Positions 17,891 to 26,332 of a stretch of DNA of 64,000 bases are shown here, in pieces (the first letter of the stretch is position 1; each line of letters starts with the position of its first letter). The position numbers were made by a program, and so were the translations under genes. Where the stretch lies: positions 1-64,000 of IMG/VR virus record IMGVR_UViG_3300006931_000002; one strand, 5' to 3'. The stretch comes from a virus. The notes under the pieces are model-generated. The model was given only the letters and a program-made list of their open reading frames with translations, did not search any database and was not told the origin of the DNA.

Positions 17891-18034
17891 TCAACGGCTG
17901 AGCATGCCCGGCCGGTAGGGGAAGGCGAAGTCTGCGGCCCAGAACGCCAGACCCAGCCAGACCAGGTTCACATCCCCGGCGTGGACGTTGAGTGCGGCGA
18001 GTAGGAAGCAGACTGCGGCGAAAACAGCGAACAT
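17891..18034 (-). CDS. 47-aa two-TM membrane protein (not in ORF track)
   Basis: MFAVFAAVCFLLAALNVHAGDVNLVWLGLAFWAADFAFPYRPGMLSR*. Confidence 0.65.
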   Translation of the reverse strand: MFAVFAAVCFLLAALNVHAGDVNLVWLGLAFWAADFAFPYRPGMLSR

Positions 18035-18089
18035 GCTGCCGGTCTACCCGGCTGGCCAGGCTGGCAATCTTGGTCCACACTGCCGGACC

Positions 18090-18326
18090 ATGCCCGAGAA
18101 CACCGCTGACGTGCCGTCCGAGGTTCGCGCCCAAGTCGAAGCAGATGTGCGCCGCATGCTGGTGGAGATGACCGCCGGTCCAAACCGCCGTCCGGAAGAC
18201 TCCCCGCTCGACGTGCCGGTTGACGTGCTGGTCGACGCGGAACTTCGTCTGCGGCGCCTTGCCGGGCGTCGGCTCACCGCGGCCGAAGCTGAAGCGATCG
18301 ACGGGCCGCCCTACGACGAGACCTGA
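18090..18326 (+). CDS. Hypothetical protein
   Basis: CACACT -10 shortly before the ATG (leaderless-type). Confidence 0.45.
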   Translation: MPENTADVPSEVRAQVEADVRRMLVEMTAGPNRRPEDSPLDVPVDVLVDAELRLRRLAGRRLTAAEAEAIDGPPYDET

Positions 18327-18835
18327 GCGGCGAACACCTCCGGGTGGGCGGCCTTCCACACCTCCCACTCCGAGTTGGGCTGCGGCTTGTCCAGCGAGCT
18401 GTAGCCGCAGATCACCACGTCGAGCAGGGTCAGCAGGTCGACCTTCCGGCCGTTGCCGCTGGACGGCTGGGGGAAGAACCTAGGCCCCCTTGTGAAGGTG
18501 TTGCGCCGGTACGCCCAGTCGTCGTCGGCGCGCTTCAGGAATGTGACCGTGTTGTGGCCGGCGATCACCGGGTAGGGCTTCGCCTCTTCCGGTGTCCACC
18601 GGTCGACGAAGTCGTCGAACGAGTCGCGGCCGTAGAAGCCGGTGCAGACGAACTCGATGTAGCTGCGGATCATGTCGGCTTCGTGGGCGGTCAGCGGCGC
18701 CGAGTTCCACAGCGACCAGCCCTTGGCCTCGATGTCCTCGTCGTCGGAGCAGACCGAAGCGATGTACATCCAGCGAGGATGGGACGACGTTACTGGGATC
18801 TGCCGGGCCTCGCACAGTTCACGGGTCGACGGCAT
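18311..18835 (-). CDS. Hypothetical protein
   Basis: 174 aa, protein-like composition, GAGG RBS. Confidence 0.7.
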   Translation of the reverse strand: MPSTRELCEARQIPVTSSHPRWMYIASVCSDDEDIEAKGWSLWNSAPLTAHEADMIRSYIEFVCTGFYGRDSFDDFVDRWTPEEAKPYPVIAGHNTVTFLKRADDDWAYRRNTFTRGPRFFPQPSSGNGRKVDLLTLLDVVICGYSSLDKPQPNSEWEVWKAAHPEVFAAQVSS

Positions 18836-18836
18836 G

Positions 18837-19037
18837 TCAGTCCTCTGTCCGGAGCAGTTGGAAGTTGCGGACGATCACGTTCCGGATGCCGACGTTCCGG
18901 CCGATCACGTCGGCCAGCGTCTTCACCTCGGCCATTGTGCTGATCTCCGCTGGGCAGAGCATGTCGACCATGCCCTCATACCCGCCACCCTGCGGAGTCG
19001 TCCCCTTGTAGTTGACGAAGTACACGTAGCGGGCCAT
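18837..19037 (-). CDS. Hypothetical protein
   Basis: Part of the tightly packed leftward operon. Confidence 0.65.
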   Translation of the reverse strand: MARYVYFVNYKGTTPQGGGYEGMVDMLCPAEISTMAEVKTLADVIGRNVGIRNVIVRNFQLLRTED

Positions 19038-19152
19038 CAGTTCTTCTCCCCCAGCGCCCGGTCAACTTCGGAGGCGACCGCGGCGAGCGCCAGAGCAGCA
19101 AGCGCGATGTTGATCGCGTGGTAGCTGGTGGCGGACAGGACGCGGCGGATGG

Positions 19153-19401
19153 TCATCGGTTTGTCTCCTTCTCGGGGTGGGCTTCCAGCCAGGCACGGCC
19201 GGCGTCGGTGAGATGGACTGCGCGCCAACCGCCGGAGTCGTCGTTGCCGACCCACAGCAGCCCTTCCGCCTCGGCTGCCTCAGCCTCGGGGGTCACATCA
19301 ACATCGATGCGTGGATAGCAGTCCTTCTCGAAGCCGTGGCCGTATCGGCGGACACGGCCACGCTGGACGGCCAGAAGCAGGCTCCGGGTCGTGGCGGTCA
19401 C
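19153..19401 (-). CDS. Small winged-helix-like protein
   Basis: EGLLWV...VHLTDAGRAWL wing motif. Confidence 0.6.
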   Translation of the reverse strand: MTATTRSLLLAVQRGRVRRYGHGFEKDCYPRIDVDVTPEAEAAEAEGLLWVGNDDSGGWRAVHLTDAGRAWLEAHPEKETNR

Positions 19402-19835
19402 GGCTTCTCCGTTCCGAGGATGTCCAGGAGGGCGCGGCCAGACGGGGTGACGGTGACGTCTCGGCGCAGCGCCTTCCGCCCGTCGGCCAGCATCTCCCCA
19501 CCCACCGTGACAAGGTCAAACTCGGCGATCGTGTCGTAGGGACGTCCGGCCAGTGGCTGCCACTGGCCGTCGACCATCCAGCGCCAGGGAATGCCCGGAG
19601 ACGAGTACAGGTGGACCCCGCCCGAGGCAACCATGCGTAGAGCGCGTTCCTGCGCCTCGGTCAGCCGGACGGCTTCGACCTCATCCCTGGCGATGAACTG
19701 CATCGGGTCGCGGCCGTCCGCGAACCGGAGGCGCACAAAGCCAGGTGTGTTCTCGGGGATGACCCCTCCTACAAGCCACCAGCCGGCGCCTGTCGGGCGG
19801 ACCAGCATCCCGGGCTTCACACGGTCAGCCCTCAT
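19398..19835 (-). CDS. Hypothetical protein with C-terminal winged-helix-like domain
   Basis: LTEAQERALR...VTVTPSGRALL. Confidence 0.6.
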   Translation of the reverse strand: MRADRVKPGMLVRPTGAGWWLVGGVIPENTPGFVRLRFADGRDPMQFIARDEVEAVRLTEAQERALRMVASGGVHLYSSPGIPWRWMVDGQWQPLAGRPYDTIAEFDLVTVGGEMLADGRKALRRDVTVTPSGRALLDILGTEKP

Positions 19836-20005
19836 CGCACAGACCTTCTGATCGCCTCATGGTCGAGCCGTACACCGGCCGTCGCGCTGGCGATGCGCTG
19901 GATCATCTCGGCCTTGGTGGCAGCGCTGAGCACCGTCACCCGGTTGGTTGCAACCCAGTCCCGGAGCTGGCGGACGGTCAGGATGTCGAGCATCGAATCG
20001 GCCAC
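19832..20005 (-). CDS. 57-aa protein with Rho-N/SAP-like helix-extension-helix (not in ORF track)
   Basis: LTVRQLRDWVATNRVTVLSAATKAEMIQRI; fills the operon gap with an ATGA overlap. Confidence 0.55.
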   Translation of the reverse strand: MADSMLDILTVRQLRDWVATNRVTVLSAATKAEMIQRIASATAGVRLDHEAIRRSVR

Positions 20006-20008
20006 CGG

Positions 20009-20263
20009 TCAGCCCTCCCCGGAAAGCTCTCGGAGTGCCACCGCGCGGACCGCGTCGCCGCACTCCTTCGCCAGCCGCGCCTCCTGACCCGACGAGCCGA
20101 ACTCGCCACGTCCGCACTCCCAGTCCCACGTCAACAGCAGCACCTGGGCCAGTGCGCGGCGCATCCGGAGGAAGTCTTCGTTGCCCTCGACAGCTGGGAT
20201 CGCCTTCTCAACTCGACGGGCCGCGATGACGGCCGCGTCAATCGTCTCGTGATACTCGGCCAC
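20009..20263 (-). CDS. Hypothetical protein
   Basis: Leftward operon; shared junction motif. Confidence 0.65.
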   Translation of the reverse strand: MAEYHETIDAAVIAARRVEKAIPAVEGNEDFLRMRRALAQVLLLTWDWECGRGEFGSSGQEARLAKECGDAVRAVALRELSGEG

Positions 20264-20267
20264 TGGG

Positions 20268-20507
20268 TCAGCCTTCCCATCCGAGTGCGGTCCGGATGTC
20301 CTCGGCGGTGTACAACGTCCTGGCCTTCGACGAGCCAGACCACATCCGACCCTCGATCAGCGTTCCGTCAGCCTCGTAGAAGACTTCCACCTTGCGGCCG
20401 TCGCGGGTACGGGACGCCTGCCAGCCCGGATGGGCGGTTGTCGGCTGGACCTGCCACCCGTGCTTTCGGGCGTCGGCCTGCAACCCGTCGCGGATGTCAG
20501 TGGGCAT
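20268..20507 (-). CDS. Hypothetical protein
   Basis: Leftward operon; shared junction motif. Confidence 0.65.
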   Translation of the reverse strand: MPTDIRDGLQADARKHGWQVQPTTAHPGWQASRTRDGRKVEVFYEADGTLIEGRMWSGSSKARTLYTAEDIRTALGWEG

Positions 20508-20510
20508 CGG

Positions 20511-20711
20511 TCAGCCCTCTCTTTCGATGCCGAGCTTGTCAGCGATGACGTTCCGGACCGCCTGGGCCTGCACCATCCGACCGGCAGCGTGGACGGCGAC
20601 CGCCTTGTTGTCGCAGTGCCACAGCACGGCCAACAGCGCGTCTCGGAGCTTCAGCGGATCGTCGTCGACCATCCGATCGACAGCGTTCGCGAGTGAGGCA
20701 TCGGTGGTCAT
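20511..20711 (-). CDS. Hypothetical protein
   Basis: Leftward operon; shared junction motif. Confidence 0.65.
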   Translation of the reverse strand: MTTDASLANAVDRMVDDDPLKLRDALLAVLWHCDNKAVAVHAAGRMVQAQAVRNVIADKLGIEREG

Positions 20712-20714
20712 CGG

Positions 20715-21071
20715 TCAGTCCTCTGCTGGTCGGACCCAGAACAGCGGCTCGCTGTGCGACATCGACAGCAGGCCGCCCCTCGACACCGACCAGCGGCCCC
20801 GAGACAGCCGCACCGGTCTCCCGAGCACGCTGGCCGCCCGCTCGGCGAGGACCTTGACTGCGGTGTGCCGGCTGCCATCCCAATCCCACCCGTCCTGCGG
20901 CGAGCCGCCCGCGCGGAACATGTCGACGGTCAGCAGTTCCCACCAGCCCGGCCGGGTCAGCCGATCCTTCACGTTCCCGTAGAGCGACGGCGGAAGGAAC
21001 ACGAGAACATGCGTCGTTCCGGCGGGAATCTTCTTGGCGTCCAACAGGGCGCCATCTGCACGGTCCGGCAC
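20715..21071 (-). CDS. Hypothetical protein
   Basis: Leftward operon; shared junction motif. Confidence 0.65.
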   Translation of the reverse strand: MPDRADGALLDAKKIPAGTTHVLVFLPPSLYGNVKDRLTRPGWWELLTVDMFRAGGSPQDGWDWDGSRHTAVKVLAERAASVLGRPVRLSRGRWSVSRGGLLSMSHSEPLFWVRPAED

Positions 21072-21074
21072 CGG

Positions 21075-21269
21075 TCAGCCCTCCACGATTTCGGTGTCGA
21101 TGTCGACGATCTCCCGGCGGTACGCCTCAACCGCCGTGTCGATCTCCGCGTGCCGCTCGTCGTCGGACATGTCGTCCCAGTCCTCACGGTCGATGTGGAG
21201 ATCCACGGTTCGGGTGGCCGAGAACCGGACGGAGGCTGGCGACGACGCCGTCAGCTTGACCTTCATCAC
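21075..21269 (-). CDS. Hypothetical protein
   Basis: GGGGGAG RBS; acidic 64 aa. Confidence 0.65.
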   Translation of the reverse strand: MMKVKLTASSPASVRFSATRTVDLHIDREDWDDMSDDERHAEIDTAVEAYRREIVDIDTEIVEG

Positions 21270-21354
21270 TCCCCCTTAGTCGTTCCTGTTGTCTACGTGC
21301 CTCTGCCTGCCTTCGCGGCGTACACCCAGACCTCGGTGCGGCAGAGACTTCCGG

Positions 21355-21615
21355 TCAGGCCGGCCAGATGGTGATGGCGTTCGCTTCGCTGTCGTCATCC
21401 AGCGCCGACACGTCGACGAAGTCACCGGTGAACCCGGACCTGTGAGCCGTCCACCGGCCTTCGGTTACCCGGTAGGACACGTCTGCCGACATGGGTCGGA
21501 ACTTGCTGCCCTCGGCGTCCGAGGCGAGGATCACCAGGGCGTCCTGGGGCAGTTCAGCCAGCCGGGCGATCAACTGGTTCACGGTGATCGGCCGGGGCTT
21601 CTCGTATTCGATCAT
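21355..21615 (-). CDS. Hypothetical protein
   Basis: AAGGAA RBS; TVNQLIARLAELPQDALVILASDAEG is a common phage small-protein pattern. Confidence 0.7.
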   Translation of the reverse strand: MIEYEKPRPITVNQLIARLAELPQDALVILASDAEGSKFRPMSADVSYRVTEGRWTAHRSGFTGDFVDVSALDDDSEANAITIWPA

Positions 21616-21708
21616 TACATTCCTTGATCTTCATGTGTTGCGGACCTGTTCCGCGCGCCTTCGCCGGGTTTCACACCCCACGCTCACGGCGGGGCGAAGG
21701 CTCCTTGC

Positions 21709-22098
21709 TCAGAACGGAGCTTCGGCGTTCGGGTCGACAACGACCTCGGCGCCGCATTCCTTGCACTCGAAGGACTGGACGCCATCCCGTTCGCCGATGA
21801 GGCGCAACGTGTGGTCGTAGGAGATCCCACAGCCCTCATCCCATCCGGGCGTGCCAACCGGCGGCTCGTCGATCCCCGGGCCGGACGTCGGCTCGTCGTC
21901 GGCGTCCGGCTCATCCAGGCCCGTGTACGGCCCCGAGGTGACCTCGTCGCCCGCGTACTCGTCACCGGCGAAGAACATGCCCTCCCCCATCTGGTCGTCT
22001 ACTGCTTGCCGTGTCTGTGCGGCCCGGGACGCCAACCGGCCACGGAACCTGCTGGCCGAGTAGTCGGAGACGTCGCCGATACGGCCGCCACGCTGCAT
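21709..22098 (-). CDS. Acidic hypothetical protein with CxxC
   Basis: FECKECGAE; start uncertain. Confidence 0.55.
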   Translation of the reverse strand: MQRGGRIGDVSDYSASRFRGRLASRAAQTRQAVDDQMGEGMFFAGDEYAGDEVTSGPYTGLDEPDADDEPTSGPGIDEPPVGTPGWDEGCGISYDHTLRLIGERDGVQSFECKECGAEVVVDPNAEAPF

Positions 22099-22424
22099 CA
22101 GCGCTTCAGCCTTTCCAGAACCGCTCGAGCCGCCCCCGGGTCAAGCAGGACACCATCTGCCGACGCGGTGATGCCAACGCTGCGCAGATCATCGCCCAGG
22201 CTGTCCTTCAACTGGGCGGCAAGCCGCCGGGCGTCCGCTGATGCGGTGAAGCGGGCCTCTATGTCGGCCTTGATCCGGGCATCGGTGGCGTCGCGCCGCT
22301 TCTTGGCCGCAAGGTGCCGGCCGCAAAGACTGGCGTCCCGCTGCTCGTCGGTCTTGAATGGACGCCCGCAGACGCTTCGACTCCAGGTGTCCCCAGTGCT
22401 CTCCTGGCAGGTCTTCTCGGCCAT
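22098..22424 (-). CDS. Hypothetical Cys-containing protein
   Basis: AAGGAG RBS; CGRPFK...LCGRH. Confidence 0.6.
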   Translation of the reverse strand: MAEKTCQESTGDTWSRSVCGRPFKTDEQRDASLCGRHLAAKKRRDATDARIKADIEARFTASADARRLAAQLKDSLGDDLRSVGITASADGVLLDPGAARAVLERLKR

Positions 22425-22425
22425 C

Positions 22426-22695
22426 TCAGCTCTCCTTCGGGTTGGCGTCCAACCAGTCCCGGCCCGCCGGAGTGAGGGTGACCGGCACCCGGTATGCCGG
22501 CTCGCTGGTGTCATAGGACACCAGGCCGACGCGGACTAGCCAGTCGACTTGCGCGGTGCAGGTCTTCCACTGGCTCCTGACGCCACTGTCGACCCACGAG
22601 ATGTGGGTCAGGCTCAGGTTGTCATGGAAGACCCGGCCCCGGTCGACCTCACGGAGCACGTTCTCCCGTGTCGCGGTCAGCTTTATGACTGTCAC
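22426..22695 (-). CDS. Small winged-helix-like protein
   Basis: WLVRVGLV...VTLTPAGRDWL. Confidence 0.6.
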   Translation of the reverse strand: MTVIKLTATRENVLREVDRGRVFHDNLSLTHISWVDSGVRSQWKTCTAQVDWLVRVGLVSYDTSEPAYRVPVTLTPAGRDWLDANPKES

Positions 22696-22773
22696 CGCTC
22701 CCCCTTTCTCGGCGCGACCTCGTCGAGGCGCACCCTGCCGCCTCCCCGGATGCCGGTGCTCGCCCATGCGTCC

Positions 22774-22820
22774 ACTCTACCGCAAGGCAAGCCGATTTGC
22801 CTAGTCGGTTCCGCTATCAT
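22774..22820. promoter_or_regulatory. Divergent promoters with inverted-repeat operator
   Basis: Minus-strand TAGAGT and plus-strand TATCAT -10 boxes; AGGCAA-N6-TTGCCT at 22785-22802. Confidence 0.55.
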
Positions 22821-22827
22821 TGAGAAT

Positions 22828-23067
22828 GTGACGACCACTCCCCCGCCGGACCCGAAGACAGCGACCCGCGAACGCCTCCAACGCATCGCGGAAACCCGGG
22901 CACGTCTCGACGCCGAACAGACCGAAGCCGTCCTTGATGCCGTCCGGGCAGGTTGGCTGCACCGCGAGGTTGCCAGCTTCCTGGGGGTGAGCCGGCAACG
23001 TGTCGGCCAGATCGTCACTGATGCACACGAGGCCATGGCGCCTCCCGACGTTGACCACGGAGCGTGA
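22828..23067 (+). CDS. Small HTH DNA-binding protein
   Basis: AVRAGWLHREVASFLGVSRQRVGQI; leaderless GTG. Confidence 0.75.
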   Translation: MTTTPPPDPKTATRERLQRIAETRARLDAEQTEAVLDAVRAGWLHREVASFLGVSRQRVGQIVTDAHEAMAPPDVDHGA

Positions 23068-23222
23068 CGAACAGCCCCTTCCGTGATCTGCCGCTGCCAT
23101 GCTGCCGTGGTGCTGCCGCACGCCCCCGTACGCGCGCGCGTGCGCGAGACGGTAGATCAACGGCAGCATCGCGGCAGAAGCACGCAGCGTCACACCCCTC
23201 CCGGTGGGGGAGGGGACGACGA

Positions 23223-25154
23223 TCATGCCGAGGGGAGGGCTGCGGTCCACACATAGCGCGTATCCCGACCCTGCCCAACCGACTCGGCCAGGCCGGCGCG
23301 CATCCACGGATGAACCAGGTCCTTCATCACCTTCGACCGGCCCCAGCCGGTCATTTCCTCCAACGCCTGCCGGGCCATACCCCCAGAAGGTGCTGCCTTT
23401 CGCATTGCCTCGCGGCACACTTCCTCCGCACGACTACCGGACAGCACAGGGCCCTTCGGAGCGTCCGGTACGACCACCGGCAGGATGATCCCCGGCCGTA
23501 CCGTCGGCAGGTCACGAACCTGCGCGATTTCGCCCTCAACGGTGGTATCCGAGACCATTGTTGGCGTAGGGTGGGCGATGGCCGCCTTCTGCTGGTCGAG
23601 GGCCTTTTCGGCTTCCGCCCATTCGGCATCCGGCCGGGCGTTGCACTCGGCCATCGCCTCGGCGATCACTGGCCTGTTGTCCTTCTCGACCCGGCGAGAT
23701 ACGACCGGTATTCCGCGCCGATGGCCGGGGGTTTCCGCGACGAACTGGCCCTTGTCGTCCATCGTCAGGAGTTCCACGCCGCCGCCGTTCAGCACCGATT
23801 CGGCGGCGCCCTCGCCCATCGCGAACTGGATACGGTCCTGAAGCATGCGGCGGAACCGCCACGACCACACCCCAGGGCCGTTCGTCACCTGCGCGATCAG
23901 AATTATTTTGATGCCCGCGGCGCCGGTCCGTAGCGCCATCTTCTGCAACCATTCGCCCAGTTCCTCGCCCTGGTTCGACGAGGCGAAGCGGGGGCCTTCC
24001 TCGATGAGCAGCACATACACTGGTTCGTCGGCGGACGGCTCCCACACCTGCCAGTCCCGGTCGGCCATCAGCCGTTCGCGGCGTAGCAGCAGATGCCAGA
24101 ACGTTTCCAGAAGACGCAGGAAGTCGGCTGGCTGGTCGATGTAGCGGAATACCGAGCCGGAGAAGAACCGGAAGTCGCGGCCCTGGGCGCCGTCAGCAAC
24201 AAGCCAGGCCAGGTCGGGGGCCTGCTGGTACAGCTCCATCAGGCGAAGCATCAGCTCGGACTTTCCGATCCGGGAAGCGCCCGCGACCAGCAGGTTTGTC
24301 GCCCCAACCTCCTGGTCATACATGACCAGGCCGTAAGGTTCGCTGTCCCGGTAGGGGCCGACCTTGCCCGGTTCACAGATCGACTCTGCGGGCTGCTGGG
24401 CGAGCAGGTCGAACGCCTTTCGGGGGTCCATTTCCTGGACGTGGAGTTCCCCGAGCCACAGGTAGCCGTCAGGGTCTGCGGTGAAGGTGACTTCGCCGGC
24501 TCGCCGTTCGAGCCGTGACGTCAGGTTGTTGAGCTGCTGGCTATCGAGGTTGAGCGTGTACCCGTGGGGGACTCGCAGACGGTAGGTGTGGCCGACTCCG
24601 CGGTCGTCGCGGATCGCATAGCAGTCGACATGAGGCATGCCCTGGGCCTCGGCCACCGCAGGCCATGCCGCCTTCCTTGCGGAGAGGAAGGCCTCCCGCT
24701 CCGCAGCCCTGCGGAGGTCGTCGCGGCGGGTCCGCAACGCCGGATGCGTAGCCAGGCGTACCGTGCCGGCGGCTGCGGCGACCGCGGTAAGCAGGCCCAC
24801 GCCTGCGAAGCCGAGTGCGGAGCCGGCTGCGGAGGCTGCTGCGAAGGCCGCCCAGATGACCAGCTCATTGCGGAGGGGGCTGTTGCGGACCGCAAAGTCG
24901 ACCGCAACCCAGCCCGCAACCGCAAGGAGGATCGCAACCCACCACAGTCCGGCGATGCGGAGCACCGCACCGCCCGCAACCGTGGTCACCGCAATCGCTG
25001 CGGGGATCGCAAAGGGCTTGCGGGACGGTGCGGAAGGGTTGCGGAGTGCGGTGCGGGGTTGCGGAGTGCGGTGCGGGGTTGCGGAGCCCGTCGCGGAGCT
25101 GGGTGCGGAGATGCGGACCAGCTCCGCACGTCCAGTCGAGCGGGCGGCGGCCAT
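23223..25154 (-). CDS. traB: TraB-like FtsK/SpoIIIE conjugative DNA translocase
   Basis: N-terminal TM segments; Walker A GASRIGKS; Walker B LLIEE; GAAGIKIILIAQ; C-terminal winged helix (RQALEEMTGWGRSKVMK...RAGLAE); AAAGGA RBS. Confidence 0.8.
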   Translation of the reverse strand: MAAARSTGRAELVRISAPSSATGSATPHRTPQPRTALRNPSAPSRKPFAIPAAIAVTTVAGGAVLRIAGLWWVAILLAVAGWVAVDFAVRNSPLRNELVIWAAFAAASAAGSALGFAGVGLLTAVAAAAGTVRLATHPALRTRRDDLRRAAEREAFLSARKAAWPAVAEAQGMPHVDCYAIRDDRGVGHTYRLRVPHGYTLNLDSQQLNNLTSRLERRAGEVTFTADPDGYLWLGELHVQEMDPRKAFDLLAQQPAESICEPGKVGPYRDSEPYGLVMYDQEVGATNLLVAGASRIGKSELMLRLMELYQQAPDLAWLVADGAQGRDFRFFSGSVFRYIDQPADFLRLLETFWHLLLRRERLMADRDWQVWEPSADEPVYVLLIEEGPRFASSNQGEELGEWLQKMALRTGAAGIKIILIAQVTNGPGVWSWRFRRMLQDRIQFAMGEGAAESVLNGGGVELLTMDDKGQFVAETPGHRRGIPVVSRRVEKDNRPVIAEAMAECNARPDAEWAEAEKALDQQKAAIAHPTPTMVSDTTVEGEIAQVRDLPTVRPGIILPVVVPDAPKGPVLSGSRAEEVCREAMRKAAPSGGMARQALEEMTGWGRSKVMKDLVHPWMRAGLAESVGQGRDTRYVWTAALPSA

Positions 25155-26332
25155 GGGGGTCCTTTCGTTACGGAGTGCGGAGGGGTGCGGACCGGCAGTG
25201 CGGAGGTTGCGGACCCTGTTGCGAGGTCAGGTGCCGATCCGCTGGGTGTCCTTCGAAAGGTCGGTGGTGAAGAACGTGTCGTGCAGCTCGAACAGGTTCT
25301 TCTCGGCGCGAAGGGCACTGGTGGCTGCGTTGGTGATCAGGTCGGCGCTCAGGCTGACCGCGCTGTGAACAGGCTTGGCGAGCCCGCGGCGGGCCGCTTC
25401 ATCGGCCGCGTATCCGATGCCGTCGGCGACCACGGTCAGAAACTCGGTGGTCCACATGTAGAGGGCGGCGACCTTCTCGCCCTTCGACAGGTCGACGTCT
25501 TGGATGCCCTTGGCTGCCTTGAGTAGCGCCTCGAAGCCGGGGTCCTGGAGGTGTTCACGCCAGTTCAGGTTGTAGGGGTGTGCGACGGCCATTGCGGTGC
25601 TCCTTGCGGGGTTCGATGCGGGCTGCGGACTGGTTGCGGAGGTGGTTGCGGACCCTGCTGCGGGATGCGGTGCGGAGGGCGCGGAGTCCGCAACCGGTGC
25701 GGAGGGGGGCGGTGCGTACGCATGCGGACGGCCCCACGTTGCGGAGCCTGTTGCGGAGTGCGGTGCGGAGGGCTCCGCAACGATGCGGGGCGTTGCGGAG
25801 CCGAACAGCCGGGTCCGCAGCATCCGCAGCAGGTCCGCAATCACGGCGACCGCCTCGACGGTGAACGGCGCTGCGGATGCGGGCGTCGGCCCGGTGGGGC
25901 GGCTGTACGTTGCGGACCCGGTTGCGGAGCCTGCGGGCTTGACGAATCTCAGTGCGGACCCGGGTGCGGGCCTGCGTCGGTTGCGTGCGGATACCGCAAC
26001 GGTGGTGCGGACGAACGCGGTCCCGCGGCGGGTGTTGCGGATGTTCGCACGGGCACGTCGCAGCGACGGCCGGGCCCGGTCCGCATGCCGCTCCGCAGCC
26101 TGCACGGTGGGCCGTAGCCGTGCGGAGCCGGCGACCTTGCTGCGGACCGCGGTTGCGGCCCTGCGACTCCGGCTGCGGACCCTTGCGGTCCACGCGGTGT
26201 AGATGGCGGGAGCAAACAGGCGGAGCAGCCACAAACCGAGGGCGACGGTTGCGGCGCCGACCGCGAGATCATGCACCCAGTCGGTGGGGGTGCGCGGCAG
26301 CGCGGGGATTGCGACGACGTCCACGGCTGCGG
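24656..26332. repeat. Dense TGCGG(A)/CCGCA repeat field, candidate clt/TRS locus
   Basis: About 55-60 TGCGG on plus and about 20 on minus (manual count); 20-bp tandem GGGTTGCGGAGTGCGGTGCG at 25036, 25056 and 25076 (partial). Confidence 0.9.

Larger units (their letters stand above)
18835..21083 (-). repeat. Dispersed 12-bp gene-junction repeat GAGGGCTGACCG
   Basis: Exact plus-strand CGGTCAGCCCTC at 19822, 20006, 20508 and 21072; variants at 20712, 20265 and 18835. Confidence 0.8.

Noticed and set aside
23223-25154. Packaging ATPase, host FtsK or T4SS coupling protein
   Set aside because: No terminase nuclease domain; short, with Spd-like neighbours; no relaxase or VirB4 in the window. TraB-like is the best fit but needs phylogeny
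24656-26332. CRISPR array or simple protein repeat
   Set aside because: Units are 5-8 bp, irregularly spaced and frame-independent; no cas genes
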